A DNA stretch of 64,000 nucleotides. Origin: Dendrobates tinctorius. Its lineage: Eukaryota. The position numbers were made by a program, and so were the translations under genes. A model generated the notes under the pieces. That model saw nothing but the letters and a program-made list of their open reading frames with translations, was not told where the DNA came from and did no database searches. Location of the stretch: the NCBI RefSeq assembly GCF_039654945.1, contig NW_027361725.1:8742001-8806000 (forward strand). The letters run 5' to 3'. Below, in pieces: positions 10,901 to 25,900 of this stretch. Each line of letters starts with the position of its first letter. Positions within the stretch are counted from its first letter, which is position 1.

Positions 10901-13900
10901 GAAGAGATCATTAGAAAAAAAATGACTTTTATTAATAAATTAAAAGGATAAAATACATAAACAATAATAAAAGAGCAGAGTGCCTCACCAAGGAGACGGC
11001 CCAAACCTTCAAAAGATAACAATCTATAATTAAGGCAATATATGTAACAGTAATAAGGACTATACCTTTCCTAACATTACTGAGGTCACCCAATAGAGAA
11101 GTATGCAAGTATAACCAATAACCAAGAGTTACCTTGAGGTAAGCCAACGGATATCAACTTGTCAGTACAAATAAATAAAGTGCCTAGTGCTGCTTATCAA
11201 GTTTAAATACCCTGAATCAATGTATTCCTATCGTACCTTAAGGCTTTCCCCTTGAAATGGGAGGTATAAGATCCTAGTAAATCAAAAACTCAATGCATGT
11301 AAATAGCAATCCTATACAATGTTTCAGAGTATTTAAACTTGATAAGCAGGACTAGGCAATTTATTTATTTGTACTGACAATTTGATATCCGTTGTCTAAC
11401 ATCAAGGTTATTTTTTGCTATTCGTTATACTTTAAAAACCCTGCGTACTTCTCTATTGGGTGACCTCATTTGTTTTAGGAAAGGTGTAGTCCTTATTACT
11501 GTTAGATATACCAGTATTTCCTTAATTATAGATTATCTCTTGGAGGTTTGGGCCATCTCCTTGGTGAGGCACTCTGCTCTTTTATTATTGTTTGTGTATT
11601 GTCCTTTTAATTTATTAATAAAAGTGAATTTTTGTTCTAATCGAACTCTTCCCCCCCCACACACACACGTTTATCTATACTGGGGTTCTTGGACTTGATA
11701 CTGAAGCGAAGTGCCATTGCATGGTTGTATATGGACACCTTTTTGATAGATATATTGTGTGTTTGTGTTCTCGAAAGACGTTTCTGTTGGTGGCTTATCT
11801 TTATTCGGAGCAGACTATTTGGTATATTAAAATCAAACATGCCCAATCCTTTTTCCCCCGACATACAATAAACATGATTATTCCACCATTAGTTTTCTGT
11901 GTCTGCATGTTATGTTGAATTGTCTCTTATCTATTATAGAGAGCACATCTTCAACATTATAGGAGCATTTGACATCCCGCGATTTATCTATAACTCTGAA
12001 AGAAAAAAGTTCTTGCCGTGAGTTGAGCTTTTTTTTTTTTTATTCTTTTTTACTCTTTCTTGCAAGTGTACTGTATTTTGCGGATTGTAAGACCTTCCGG
12101 ATTATAAGATGCACCTCAAATTTTGAGGCAAGAAATAGGAAAAAATGTTTTAATAAAATGGTGGTGCTTCTTATAATCCATGTGTCTTATTGCTTACCGG
12201 GGGTGGTGGCAGTGGTTAAGCGGTGTCCCAGGGTCACTGCTGGAGGAGGAAAGAGTGCTGCGTTGCTGCAGGCTGGGATGAGGGGGTGTTCGGTGTCTCC
12301 GGTGCTGAGGGGGCTCTGCCGACATTGTGTGAAAGGCCAGAGCCCCTGCAGTTCTATGGTTTCTTATGCAGTGGACCCTGGGAAAATGGCTGCTGGGGTC
12401 CTGGGAAAATGGCTGCTGGGGTCACCGCATGAGCAGATGGAGATCTTGGCACCAAGATCTCGGGAGATGAGATCTAAGCGCTGAGAGCTCATCTCCCAAG
12501 ATCGTGGTGCCGAGATCTACATCTGCAAATGGGCCGCCTCTGGCAGCCATTTTTCCGGAGTTCACCACATAGGAAACCATGGAACTGCGGGAGCGCAGCA
12601 CTGGAGACATCAGCAGCGGCGCAACGCACATCCGAACACTTCCTTATCCCAGCAGCGAACCTGGGACACTGCTGTTCTGTGGCCGCTAAGGTATATCCGC
12701 ATTATAAGACGCACCCCAATTTTCGCCCAAAATTTGGAGGAAAAAAGTGCGCCTTATAATCTGAAAAATGTGGTAAGTGTCATTATTGACTTGAAGGGAA
12801 CCTGTCATCTGATTCATGGCGTTCAAATCATGGGCATCATAAATCAGAGCCTGACTGCATGTTTGCAGACAGATATATATATCGATAGAAGATCTGGCCA
12901 GGAACCATAGGCAGAGATGAGACCAGTCCCGTGCCACCATCAGCTGCTTGTTCCCAGCACTGCTAGAGGTGATTGCCAGATCTCTCCCATAGTGAGAAAC
13001 CCATCAAGCACTTGAAGTGGCGCTGGAAAGAGCCAGCCGGACACCAAATCACTCTAGTCTAGTCCCGGTGATTGTCCTTGCCCAGAGTCTCTTACTGTAT
13101 TTTCTTTGAAACACTGGGGGTGATGTCTTGCTATAATTGAGCAACCTGGCTCTGATTCTGCTGTCTGTGGTTTGAGCATTGAGTTATCTGACAGGTTCTT
13201 AAATATTTTCTTATTTCTTAAATTTATATTGTAAAATAAAAATGTAATTGCTCACACACTCCACCTTATTTCCTTCTTATTGATTGTAATATTGCAATAG
13301 TTCAGTGTAGATGTGTACACAATATTTCATTACTTATACAATACACGAGTCTCCATAACTTTTCCTGTTCTCTGCAGAATCAAAATAGCCAATTATCCTG
13401 AACCAAATCTGTTTGGAAGTGCAAGAGACAAAGCAGAGTTATTCCGAGAGAGGTACACAATACTGCAGCAGGTGAGACAACTGGCTCTGCGAAATACAAT
13501 GCTAAAATATCTGCGTGGGTCTGCCCCATATCTCTGATGGATTACTATGCCAAATGTGTCTCCTGATTATGATAGATTTCCAGCTTTTGAAGTAAGGAAT
13601 TAAAGTAATTAAATGTTCGTTATGTGAATTCCAGAGAACTCACAGACATGAGCTTTTCACGCCGCCTGTTATTGGTGCTAACCCTGAGGAGAGCAGAAGC
13701 AAATTTCAGGTATGGCAAAAGGAAATATTTATGACGTTTTGGCTTGAAAGTTGTACAAGCCATCTATGTGTCCTAATAGGGCAAATGAACATCATGAAGG
13801 CCTGTCTGTGCTCACAATGTCCTCTGTTTGTCAGAACGAAGATTAGTTCCCACTGTTTAATTTATTAAAAGTACCGTATGTGTTTTTCTTTAGCTTAAAA

Positions 13901-16900
13901 CTGTGGAAAACCTTTTAGGCAGTGCAGCAAAGATGGGAGAGGTGATTGTGCTCGGCATGATAACACAACTAAAAGAGGTAAGCGGAAAACAAGTTCTTCA
14001 TTATCCCAGTCTTCTAAGGGAGCTTTGGAAGTGATAATTATTAAATGATGACTTATCACTAGGATTTGTCATCACTTTATGATCTAATCTCTGGAAACGG
14101 TCATTGATCCTATGAATGAGTGGATTTAGTGATGTTTTCCCTGCACAGCGGTCTTCTTGCCGCATCAGCTGTTTAGTTCTGTGCTGCCAGTTTAATTCAC
14201 TTGAACAGGACTCGTTTGCAGTTTCCACTTACAGCAGATGACCAGGTTGTCACTTTGCAGAAAATGTATTGCTTAATCAGCTCTGCTGATTCTTCCTTTT
14301 CATTATTGGGGTGAAGGAGGTCTTAACCCCTTTACGACATGCACCGTACTAGTACGGCACATGTCGTTTCTCCCCCTTTGATGTGGGCTCCGGCGCTGAG
14401 CCCACATCCTTTCCGGCACATGTCAGCTGTTTTGAACAGCTGACATGTGCCCAGAACAGCAGTGGGTGGAATTGCAATCCACCTGTGGCTGTTAACCCGT
14501 TAAATGCCGCTGTCAAACTCTTGTCAACGGCAGTTAACGAGCGCTTCTGGCAATTGCGCTGGAAATCCCGCCCGTAACTTGATTTTGGGTCACCGATGGG
14601 GTCTGCATGACAACCAGAAGTCTCCTGCAGACCTCTCTGGTTGTCACTTCTGGATTGCTATGAGCACGGCCTGGTGGTCGACGCTCATAGCAAGTGGGCA
14701 ATTCTAAAAATTAAAAAAAAAAGGTTCAAATCACCCCCTTTCGCCCCATTCAAAATAAAACAATAGAAAAAAAACATACATACACATATTTGTTATTACC
14801 GCATTTAGAATCACCCGATCTATCAATATAAAAAAAGAATTTGTTAGGCGCCGGATTCCTGCAGCTACACAACAGGAATCCAGAGCCTCACATGCTGCTC
14901 TGCAGCAAGTCATTCCTGAGGCTGTTCCTCTGCCGCTACACTGAGCATGCTCACGAGACGATCTCCCATTGGAGGTCGGGAGTCACGTGCTCAGGTCCTT
15001 CTCCAGATCTGATTGGTCCATCTCAGAGATCTGGAAGGTCCCGGCAGCGCACGGCTATAAAAGGGCCGCTCGGCCATGCGCTAGTATAGGCTCTTCTTGC
15101 TAGATGTGTGAATGGTGATGGATGTATGATTCTGGTGACTGACTTATTATGATTCCCCTCCCTCTGATATTACGCATGTGGATAGGGAACTATAGAAAGA
15201 GTCAGCGCCAGTCAATGGCAAGCCATAGGCCACTGTGCACACCGCACCTCTACACTAGCGTCCGGTGGTGTCACGTCTCTCACGGTGCTATCGCATAGCG
15301 GCTGTGTCTGCTGCCGCGCTGCATTCAGCAGCACTTACCGGCGTCCACAGTAGCGACGCCGCATGCACGGTAGGTCTAGACGGACACCGTCCCCTGTCTT
15401 GGACCCGTGTCCTGTGACCAGATACCGTGCGTGCAATTTCGCTGAGACCTGTGAGTCTAACAGGCTTGGTGTTTATGTTTATGTTACAGCGGCTCTGTGA
15501 GTTAACAGAGTCCGCTCTGTGCACATCGGGTGACGTTGAACCCGTGCGCATTATACCGCCATATAGCGTGTCTGCCATTAATTAGCAGCAGTGTTAACAG
15601 CTTCAGCACGGTGGACCCCGAACGGCGAACGCACTTTATTATTTATTTATTTAGTGTGTTCCGCCGTTCCTAACAGAATTACGGTAACCTGATTGTGTAA
15701 CGAGTAAACAAGTCAACACTAGAATTACATTTTTTTGGTCGCCACAACATTGTATTAATATGCAATAATGGGCGATCAAAAGATTGAATCTGCACCAAAA
15801 TGCTATAATTAAAAATGTTTGCTCGGCATGCAAAAAATAAGCCCTCACCCAACCTGAGATCACGAAAAATGGTGATTTTATGGTTCTCGGAAAATGGCGC
15901 AATTTTTTATTTTTTTTTAAACTTTGGATTTCTCCTACGCCTCATTGGGGGACACAGAGACAGTGGGGTGTTATGCTGCTGGCCACTAGGAGGACACTAA
16001 GTAAACCAGAAAAAAAGTTAGCTCCTCCCCTGCAGTATACACCCTCTCGCTGGCTGAGATTTCTCCAGTTCTTGCTTAGTGTCTATAGGAGGCACTTGGG
16101 TCTGGTTCTGACCCCACCGTTTTTATTTTATTTTTGGTTTTTCTGTAAATTTTTATTTTTTAATTAATGGAGTGAAGGGGGCGACGGTTCCTTTCTACAG
16201 CCCGCTCTCCCCCCGAACCAACAACAGGCAAGGTCGCAGAGTATACCTCCCCGTACACTTTCCTGCGACGATTGGGGCTGATTCCTCTGGCAATGATGGC
16301 GATGATCCTTACGGTCCCGGTAATCCACGGATACGAGGGCAAGCGCATGGAGTGAAATGGAGAAGACTGGAACAGCGCTTCCAAATGCCCTGAATCAGCC
16401 CCATAGCTCTCCATCCCCCTGCCATAGGGACGATCGATTGAGCATACTCCTTTAAGAACCCGCTCAGGAATCAGCCCAGGAGGATGAGAAGACCTGCATG
16501 GATGGCCCCGGACAGCGCGGCCTGCCGAGCACTGGAGTGGAGGTATGGGGTCGGGTCCTGGCCCCCGGGAGAAGCACTGACTTATAGTCAGCGGCGGTGC
16601 ACCGCACCCCCCCCCCGCGCTCTTGACGCTCAGGTAGTCCCCGGCTTTTCCGGCCTACTAGGCCGCAATTTGGATAGCGCCACCCGCGCTAACGTCGCCG
16701 CCCCCCTCCTCTTGGCACCTCTCATTCCTTACGAGACGCGCAATTCTAATCTCGGGGGCCATGTCTGTGAGGCGGGCACTCTGCCGGATACCGGGTGACA
16801 CCATGACACCACAGGGCCACCGCTATTCCTCCCGGAGGACACAGCACAGGACTGTGGGTAAGCTGCATCTGCCCTCAGATGTGCCCGGCACATTCCCTGC

Positions 16901-19900
16901 AGCTGCAGAAAGACTCTGCCGTTAACCCATTCAGGAGCGCTATGTCTCAATCTAAGGAGGCTAAACGGCCTGCTAAGAAGCACACTGCGTTTTTACCGTG
17001 TGTACCACTTGCAAGTCTGCCTTACCCAGTGCACAGACTAATCCGTTATGCACGGCCTGCGACCCGGCCTGCACTCAAACTCCCCTCACCTCCATTGCTG
17101 ACGGGCCTCCTGCGTTTAGTACCCCTGAGTGGGCTGCGTACCTGTCACGGTCGGTGTAGTCTCTTACCCAGTCTATATTCTCGCTCCGGGAGGACTCTTT
17201 AAGTCAGAAAGCGTCCTTACTTCCCGAGGAGGGCTCTGACGTCGGCCTGGAACCGTCCAACAGCAGGGGCCGTACTCCTTCAAGGGATGGTCAGGTCTCT
17301 AGAAAGCGGACCCATGATGCGTCCCCTAGTCACGTTCGCGCCTCAGCATTGGCGACTCCTGTCTCTCACTCTCCCTCTCCTGAGGTTCACAGTGAGCACG
17401 ACCCTGAATTCGAATCTGACACGTCAACCCCTCAGAATCCCCCAACTGATCAAGCATCGCTTGATTCTCTTATAGAATCAGTCAACAGGATTCTGGAGTT
17501 GGATGAGGAAAATATCCCTGCTCCAGCACACCCTATCTCATTTAAGAAAAACAAGCGTGTGCGCAGGTTATTTACTAGCAATCCGGACTTTAAGGAAATT
17601 GTCCAGAAACATAGGGATCGTCTGCATAAGCGGTTCACAGGGCAAAGTCTACTCAGGCTAAAATTTTGATCCAGACCTAATGAAGGATTGGTTATAGTCC
17701 CCTCCGGTGGACCCTCCTGTATCGCGTCTTGCTTCTAAAACGCTCCTATCCGTTTCTGAGGGTTCCTCAGTCAGAAACTCCTCCAGTCGTCAAATTGAAT
17801 ACCTTGCCCGTTCAGTTTTTGAAGCTTCAGGACCAGCGTTTTTTCCATCTTTTGCAACAATGAGGGTCACTAAAGGCCCTGTCACACTAAGCGATATCGC
17901 TAGCAATATCGCTGTAACGTCACCGGTTTTGTGACGTTATAGCGATATTGCTAGTGCTATCGCTATATCTGATACTTACCTCCGACCGGCTCCCCCGCTG
18001 ATTATCGCTGATCGCGCGAGAACGTCCTGGACCGTTTCTCGTCGTCAGCTTCCTGTTGGGCTTCCTGTGGCGCCGACGAGCGACGCGTGGACGCGGGCGG
18101 GAGGATGTCAGGATCGCCTCGTTTGACAGGTAAGTAGCAACCCCCGACCCCTGCTATGTCGCTGATGAGATCTGCCTGTGTGGCAGCTCACTAGCGACCA
18201 CTTAGCGATGCACCAGCGATCCTGACCGCGTCATATCGCTGGTCGTGATCGCTGGTGCATCGCTGAGTGTGACAGTACCTTTAGGCAATGGCCGCTTGGG
18301 CAGAAATCTTGATTACTTCCCTCCAAGGCACCAATCATCCTCCAGAAGCATCCACTGTCGCCAAGAAGATAATTCACGCAGCGGACTTTGTAGTGGACGC
18401 TTCTTTTGATGCCGCCAATTGCGCTGCTCAAACTGCCGCTAATGCGATCTCCATTAGAAGAAGCCCTATGGCTCCGCGACTGGCGGGCGGATGCCACATC
18501 TAAAAGATTGTTGACTTCGCTCCCCTTTCAAACGGGTCTGCTTTTTGGAGAGAAACTGGACCAGCTCATTTCTGATACTGGAAGTAAATTCCTTCCTCAA
18601 CAAAAGGCTGTTCGTCCGTTTCGCAACCAACAGCCGACGCGTTTTTGATCTTTTCGCAACAATTCCGGTTGGTCCTCCTCTACCTTCTCTTCCGGTCCAG
18701 CTTGGTCCCAGCGCGGAGACAGAGGCTCCCAGGTCTCATACAGACCTAACCGCTCTTGGAAACCCATACCTAGGGCTTCTGGATCTAGGGGAGCTAGATC
18801 TACCCAATGACTTGTTGCGTTATCCAGCGGACACCGACAAAGTAGGCGGTCGCCTACTTTCTGTGACGTCCGTCCGCGGATCTGGAATGCAGTAGGGACA
18901 GCACCCCGAGAAACCCAGAGACCCTTAACCCCTATACAGGGATCTGGAATTGTAGCAAGGCCCAGGGGGTGGCTGTCTGGTGGAGCAGTGCGCCAGAGCA
19001 GGACGGTCGCCAATAGGGAAGAAGGCGGGGAACCAAAAACGTAGTCAATAACCGGGAGAGCAGCGGAGGTACAGAAACGGCAGGCAGTAGGAGAGTCGAA
19101 TATCCAGGGCAAGGTACAAAAAACTGCAGGTAGTAGCAGAGTCGAATATCCAGGCCAAGGTCACAAACCGGGAGAATGGCAGAGGTACAAAATAGTCAGG
19201 CAGTAGAGGGGTCAGAAATCCAGACTGAGGTCAGTCAAACAATAGCGTAGCACATAGGGGAACCAAGAATATATCCGGCGGCTTGCATGACAAGTCCCAA
19301 GGTATTTGAGGGATCAGGTCATCCCTCACAGGCTCCCGGACTGATGATGTCATCAGGACCAGGCCAGATGGTGATGCACCAAACCCTTCATGATTGACAG
19401 AGGAGCGAAGCCTGCATCCATCAGATGTCTGCGCAGGAGCCCTTTCTCTGTCCCGCCATCACTCGGGGGCGAACCACGGCGCCTCCCAGTGGCCGAGGCA
19501 GGAACAGCAGGCCCCGAGTCTGACGGCGACGTGACAGTCCGGCGCCTCCTAGTGGCCGACGCCGGGACAGCAGGCCCCGAGTCTGACGGCGGCGTGACAG
19601 TCCGGCGCCTCCTAGTGGCCGAGGCAGGGAAAGCAGGCCCCGAGTCTGACCGCAACGTGACACTTTGCTTCAGCCACGCCTGGCTCGCGGTCGTCCACGG
19701 TTTTTCCTTTCCTCTCCCCCCCAAGAAAAAGACAAGCGTTATCCTTCGGGCTGTTCAGGCTCTGCAAACGGATGGAGTCATCATTCCGGTCCCTCATCAC
19801 GAAGGGTTCAGGGGATTTTATTCAAACCTTTTTGTGGTTCCAAAAATGGACGGGACGATGCGACCCATTCTGGATCTCAAACTGTTAAATCAGTTTGTCA

Positions 19901-22900
19901 AGGTACGGCGATTCCGAATGGAATCTCTCCGATCAGTTGTCGCTTCCATGGAAAAAGGAGAGTTCCTAGCATCCATCGACATCAAGGATGCTTACCTTCA
20001 CATTCCAATCTGCTCGTCCCTCCAGCAGTTCCTGCGTTTTGCAATTCACGAGGAACACTTCCAGTTCGTGGCCTTGCCCTTTGGACTCGCCACCATCCCC
20101 AGGGTCTTTACCAAGGTCATGGCGGCTGTATTGGTCATTCTCCACTCTCGGGGAGTAGTGGTGGTACCGTATCTGGACGACCTGCTCATCAAGTGTACGT
20201 CCATTCCAGTCTGCGAGGACTCCGTGGATCTAACTGTAAATACACTTTCTCACCTGGGGTGGAAGATAAACTTCGAAAAGTCTTTCCCAAAACCGGCTCA
20301 GCAGATTTCCTTTTTAGGAATGATCTTGGACACATCCCGCGGGTTGGTCATTCTCCAGAAAAGACCCAAGCCTTACAACAGGCAGCGCGGACTCTTTCCC
20401 GTCCAGTTTCTCACTCCATTCGTTTCAGCATGAGAGTTCTCGGAAAAATGGTGGCTGCGATGAAAGCAGTTCCATTTGAACACTTCCATCTCTGTCCCTT
20501 ACATCATGCGTTGCTGTTAGCTTGGGACAAGAACCCGTTCTCCCTGGACCGTCGGATCCTTCTGTCCCTGCGGGTCAGACAAGACCTCAGGTGGTGGACA
20601 TTGAGGTCCTCCCTGAATCAAGGGAGGTCTTTTCTCCCAGTAAGATGGTTGGTAGTAACCACCGACGCTAGTTTTCTCGGCTGTGGTGCGGTCTTTCGTC
20701 ACCACACGGCACAGGGTCGTTGGTCAACCTGAGAGTCACGTCTCCCCATCAACATTTTGGAGATACGAGCGATCAGATTAGCTCTACTGAGTTTCCACCA
20801 TCTCCTCGCAGGTCACCCCATCAGGATCCAATCTGACTACGCCACGGCTGTAGCGTATATCAACCGTCAGGGAGGTACCCGGAGCAGGATGGCTATGCAC
20901 AAAGTGAGTCACATCCTCCATTGGGCCGAGACCAACCATTTGCCCATCTCAGCAATCCACATCCCGGGCGTAGAAAATTGGGTGGCAGATTTTCTCAGTC
21001 GCCGAGGCATTGCCTCGGGAGAGTGGTCTTTTCATCCGCAAGTCTTTCAGAAGATTTGTCATTGTTGGGGGACTCCGGATGTGGATCTCATGGCCTCAAG
21101 ATTAAACAACAAGGTTCTTAGTTTCATTGCCCAATCCATGCGCCATCGGAGCGGACGCCCTAGTTCTGCCATGCCACCGGTTCTGGCTCCCGTATAACGT
21201 CCCTCCTCTTCCCTTACTTCCGAGGGTCATCAAGAAGATCAGAGCGGAGGGAGTACCAGTGATCCTAGTCGCGCCAGATTGGCCAAGCATGGTATGCAGA
21301 ACTAATACAACTAGTCGCCGACGTCCCCTGGCGACTTCCAGATCGCATGGATCTACTCTCACAGGGCCCGATTTACCACCAGAACTTTGGGGCCCTGTCT
21401 TTGACGGCGTGGCCGTCGAATACTGGTTTTTAGCACAGGCTGGGTTCTCGCACGACATGATTTCCACCATGATTAGTGCTAGGAAGCCTGTGTCCATGCG
21501 CATCTATCACTGCACCTGGAAAACCTTCTTTTCGTGGTGCAAGGATCATGGTCGATCCCCTCTGGTGTTTTCCATTCTGGCCATATTGGAATTCCTTCAA
21601 TCCGGATTAAAATCAGGCCTCGCGCTTAGCTCGTTCAAGGGCCAAATTTCAGCCTTGTCAGTGCTTTTCCAACACAAAATTGCCACCAAACTTTAGGTCA
21701 AGACATTCATTCAGGGTGTTTCCCATGTGGCGCCTCCTTATAGAAGGCCATTGGAATCATGGGACCTTAACCTGGTTCTCGGGGCCTTACAGGAGGCTCC
21801 TTTCGAACCGCGCAAGGACGTGTCACTAACCGTCCTCTCTTGGAAGGTGGTCTTTCTAGTGGCAATTACGTCAATCAGACGAGTTTCGGAATTGGCAGCC
21901 CTGTCCTGCCGTTCTCCGTTCCTGAATTTTCATCAGGACAAGGTAGTTCTCAGGACCTCTACGTCCTTCCTGCCCAAGGTCGTCTCCTCTTTCCATCTCA
22001 ATGAGGAAATTGTTTTGCCTTTCTTTTTGTCCGGTGCCAGTCCATCGCAATGAGAAGGCCCTCCACACCCTGGATGTGGTTAGGGCTCTGAGACTGTACA
22101 TCTCGCGGATGGCTCCCTTCCGCAAGTCAGATGCCCTGTTCATGCTTCCAGTGGGGCAGAGGATGTATCTAGTCGCTTCAAAAGCAACGCTAGCCAGGTG
22201 GATTCGCTTGGCGATTCAGGAATAATACCGTGTCAGGAACGCGCCTGTCCCAGCAGGGATTAGGGTGCACTCTACCTGCTCAGTGGGCGCCTCGTGGGCC
22301 ATTCGGCACCAGGCGTCGGCAGAACAGGTCTGCAAGGCGGCGACTTGGTCCAGTCTGCATACTTTTACAAGACATTACCAAATTCATTCTCAGGCCTCTG
22401 CGGATGCAGCTCTCGGCAGACGCAGGGCTGTGGAGTCAGTCGATACTCATTTTGGTGGAGTCGGTATAAAATGGACCGACTCCTAAAATATATAAAAAAA
22501 TTGGGTACAGTAGTTCAATGCAGAATTTGCTGAATATTTTTTCATAGGAATTCGGGAAATGTCCTATAAATGGCTGTTCTATTCCTGATCTAAGGCTACA
22601 TTCACACACAGCGTTTTTTCGAGGATACGTTTTTCAGTTGCAAAAGCAGATCAGTTTTTTAAAAAACCGCATCACCTGAAAGATTTTTGAGCTCATAGAT
22701 AATGTTTTCAATAGCAAAAGCAGTTTAGAAAAACGCCTCACAAACTGACACGCTCATTCTTTGTGAGGATCAGTTTTTGAGCCCAAAAACGGATGCTCAC
22801 AAAACGATGTGTCTGAATGTCATATCTTGAGACCCATTGACTTTGCTGGCATGCCCAGAGTCACTGCATTTTACTGCAAAAAACGGATCCTCAAAAACGC

Positions 22901-25900
22901 TGTGTGAATCATGGCCGTAGCCAGCAAGGGGCAGGGGGGGGGCAGCTGCCCCCCCTAGAAGCAGGGGCACGCACCTATAAAAACTCACTTGTATGCTGCA
23001 GTACTCCCTTCCTGCACCGGCTCCAGATTGCAGGGGGCAATCTCCCCTCCTCTGTCCTGGCTTCTGCTGTCTTCACCAGAGAGAGGAGGGGGAGGGGTGC
23101 CTGCCCTGCACAGGATCCGATTCCTGGGCCCCGAGCTGGAGAAAGTGAAAGTACTACTGCTCATCTCTGTCACAGGAAGGTAACTAATGCTTAATATTGT
23201 AGGTGATTATTGGGTGCTCTCTATAAAAGGAAGATCTTAAAAAGACTCTCAAAAGACTCTTCATGTTTCTTAAAATGGATGCTTGCACCCGTCAGTGAAA
23301 TATTTTGCCATCAATGTTCGATATGTTTGTGACAACAAAGAAATTGTTACCAAGACACTGGCAATAAAAGGTACTAAAGCTCATCACAGCAGCCAGTTTC
23401 TCCAGGCCTTAGTGGAAAAATTTCTGCAAGATTACGAACTCAAAAAAGAACAGGTTCTTGCTATTGTAACGGACAATGCTTCAAACATAAGTACAATTTA
23501 AACTGATGAATGAGAGTAATGAATAACAGCTAGAAGAAAATTTAGGATTCAGTATGTTTGAGATGGAAGGCCACAGTGCTGTTCATGTAACTGAGGAGCA
23601 AACAGATATTACAACAGAAGAACAGCAAAATTATACTGTAGAAATAGATGATCTTGTTTAAGCTGCTTCAAAACACTTTCATATTCATCACACGCTGCAG
23701 TTGGCAATAAGAGTCTGCAAGAGGGGACATGCTGGAAATCTGATTGGAAAAGTGAGGAAATTGGTTATTGCCGCCAGAACCCCTAAAATTGATTCCATCT
23801 TGAAGAGACGTGCTGGGAAAGGGGCAATTGTCGATCAAGCCACTCGGTGGGGCAGCACGTATTTAAAGATTGAGCGATTGCTTGAACTAAAACCGTTTCT
23901 TATAGATATGGCAAACCCTCAGGTAACCCTAAATGAAGGTCAATGGACACAGGTGGCTGAATTGAAGGAATTGCTTAATCACCCATTTACCGTGGCTAAA
24001 AAATTACAAGCTGAGGATTTAACTCCTGGCATTTTCATAAGGGAGTGGAAGAACTTCCTATTTTGCCTGTCCCAATGAGGAGGTTTAATCGCAGATGGCA
24101 ATTCTGCTTCAATGAAACGGAGAGAGACACAGCTATTGGAAAATAAAAATTTTCTGGCAGCTGTTTATGTGGACCCAAGTTATCGTATACTGCTTGATGA
24201 TCAACAGCTTACTAAAGGAAAAGAAGCTCTGACTGAGGTAGCAGTTAGGATGAGTGGCCTACAGGAGGACTGCCAGGTGCAAGAGGACTTGGGTCCTGAC
24301 AGTGCTACTGCTGCCATATCTTCATCCTCAACAGATGAGGAGTTTGAACTATGACAAGTATTTGGATGACGTGGAGCAGGAAAAGCGTTGCCGCAAGGAA
24401 AAAAGATTTCACTCCGTCTCCAATAGCAAGCAGATTGACCATATTTCAGCAAAATGTTTTACTTGCTCTCAAAGAAATAGAAAAATTCAACCGTTCATCA
24501 AAACTGACTGTGCATGAGGCAATTCCTTTATACTCGGAAATTGTTGATGTTGCCCATGTGGTTACAGCTTTGCCTCCAACCCAAGTTAGTGTAGGGAGAC
24601 TGTTCTCTGGCCTTAACCTCAAATCTGACCTAATAGTTTTATCTATGAAGGAGGATCCGATGGAGGCAATTCTATTTCTTAGAACAAATTCATAGACTGC
24701 ACAAATGTTATTTAGTATGTTTTTGTTGAAAACTGTTTTTTGCCAGTTACATAGTTTATTACATAGTGAAAATATATATATATGTAATCGATATTACATA
24801 GTGTATTACATATTTACAATTTATTCGTTTTTTGTGTTCTAAAGTTGTATTCCAATAAATATATATTATGTTCTATCTAAATATCTTGATTATTGTATCA
24901 TAAAAGTAATTAAATGTCTGATGTTCACATTGTGCTACGATAAATTTTTCACTTAAATATAAGCAATATATGTCGGTGTAAGGGAAATTGAGAAGTCAGA
25001 GTCGCAGGTTTGGCTTACCGACTCCACATCCCTGGGCAGACGCAGCCTACAATCGGCAGTACCTCAGTGTTGACTCAGTGGTATATGGGGTATTAGCAGA
25101 TGTATGCTTCTCACCCAGGGACTGCTTTAGCACATCCCACTGTCTGTGTCCCCCAATGAGGCATAGGAGAAAATAGGGATTTTTGTGTACTCACCATAAA
25201 ATCCTGTTCTCCGAGCCAATCATTGGGGGAGACAGAGACAGTGGGGTGTTATGCTGCTGGCCACTAGGATGACACGAAGTAAACCAGAAAAAAAGTTAGC
25301 TCCTCCCCTGCAGTATACAGTCATGGCCAAAAGTTCTGAGAATGACACAAATATTATATTTTCACAAGATCTGCTGCTCTCTGGTTTTTATGTGTGTTTG
25401 TCAGATGTTTTTATCACATGCAGAAATATAATTGCAATCATATTATGTGCAATCATATTATGAGTAGCAAAAGGTTATATTGACAGTTAGAATGAGTTAA
25501 TGCAGCAAGTCAATATTTGCAGTGTTGACCCTTCTTCTTCAGGACCTCAGCAATTCTCCCTGGCATGCTCTCAATCAACTTCTGGATCAAATCCTGACTG
25601 ATAGCAGTCCATTCTTGCAAAATCAATGCTTTTATTTTGTCTGAATTTGAAGGTTTTTGTTTGTCCACCCGTCTCTTGATGATTGACCACAAGTTCTCAA
25701 TGGGATTAAGATCTGGGGAGTTTCCAGGCCATGGTCCCAAAATCTCTGTTTTGTTCCCTGAGCCATTTAGTTATCACCTTTGCTTTATGGCAAGGTGCTC
25801 CATCATGTTGAAAAAGGCATTGTTGATCGCCAAACTGCTCTTGGACGGTTGGGAGAAGTTGCTCTTGGAGGACATTCTGGTACCATTCTTTATTCATGGC

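Noticed and set aside
11969-12484. 171-aa ORF
   Set aside because: Out-of-frame overlap of POLE2 exon 4 running into a non-autonomous Tc1/mariner element.
19390-19662. Repetitive N-terminus of the 347-aa RT ORF as a novel domain
   Set aside because: It derives from the inserted solo LTR and is in frame with the DIRS RT by chance.
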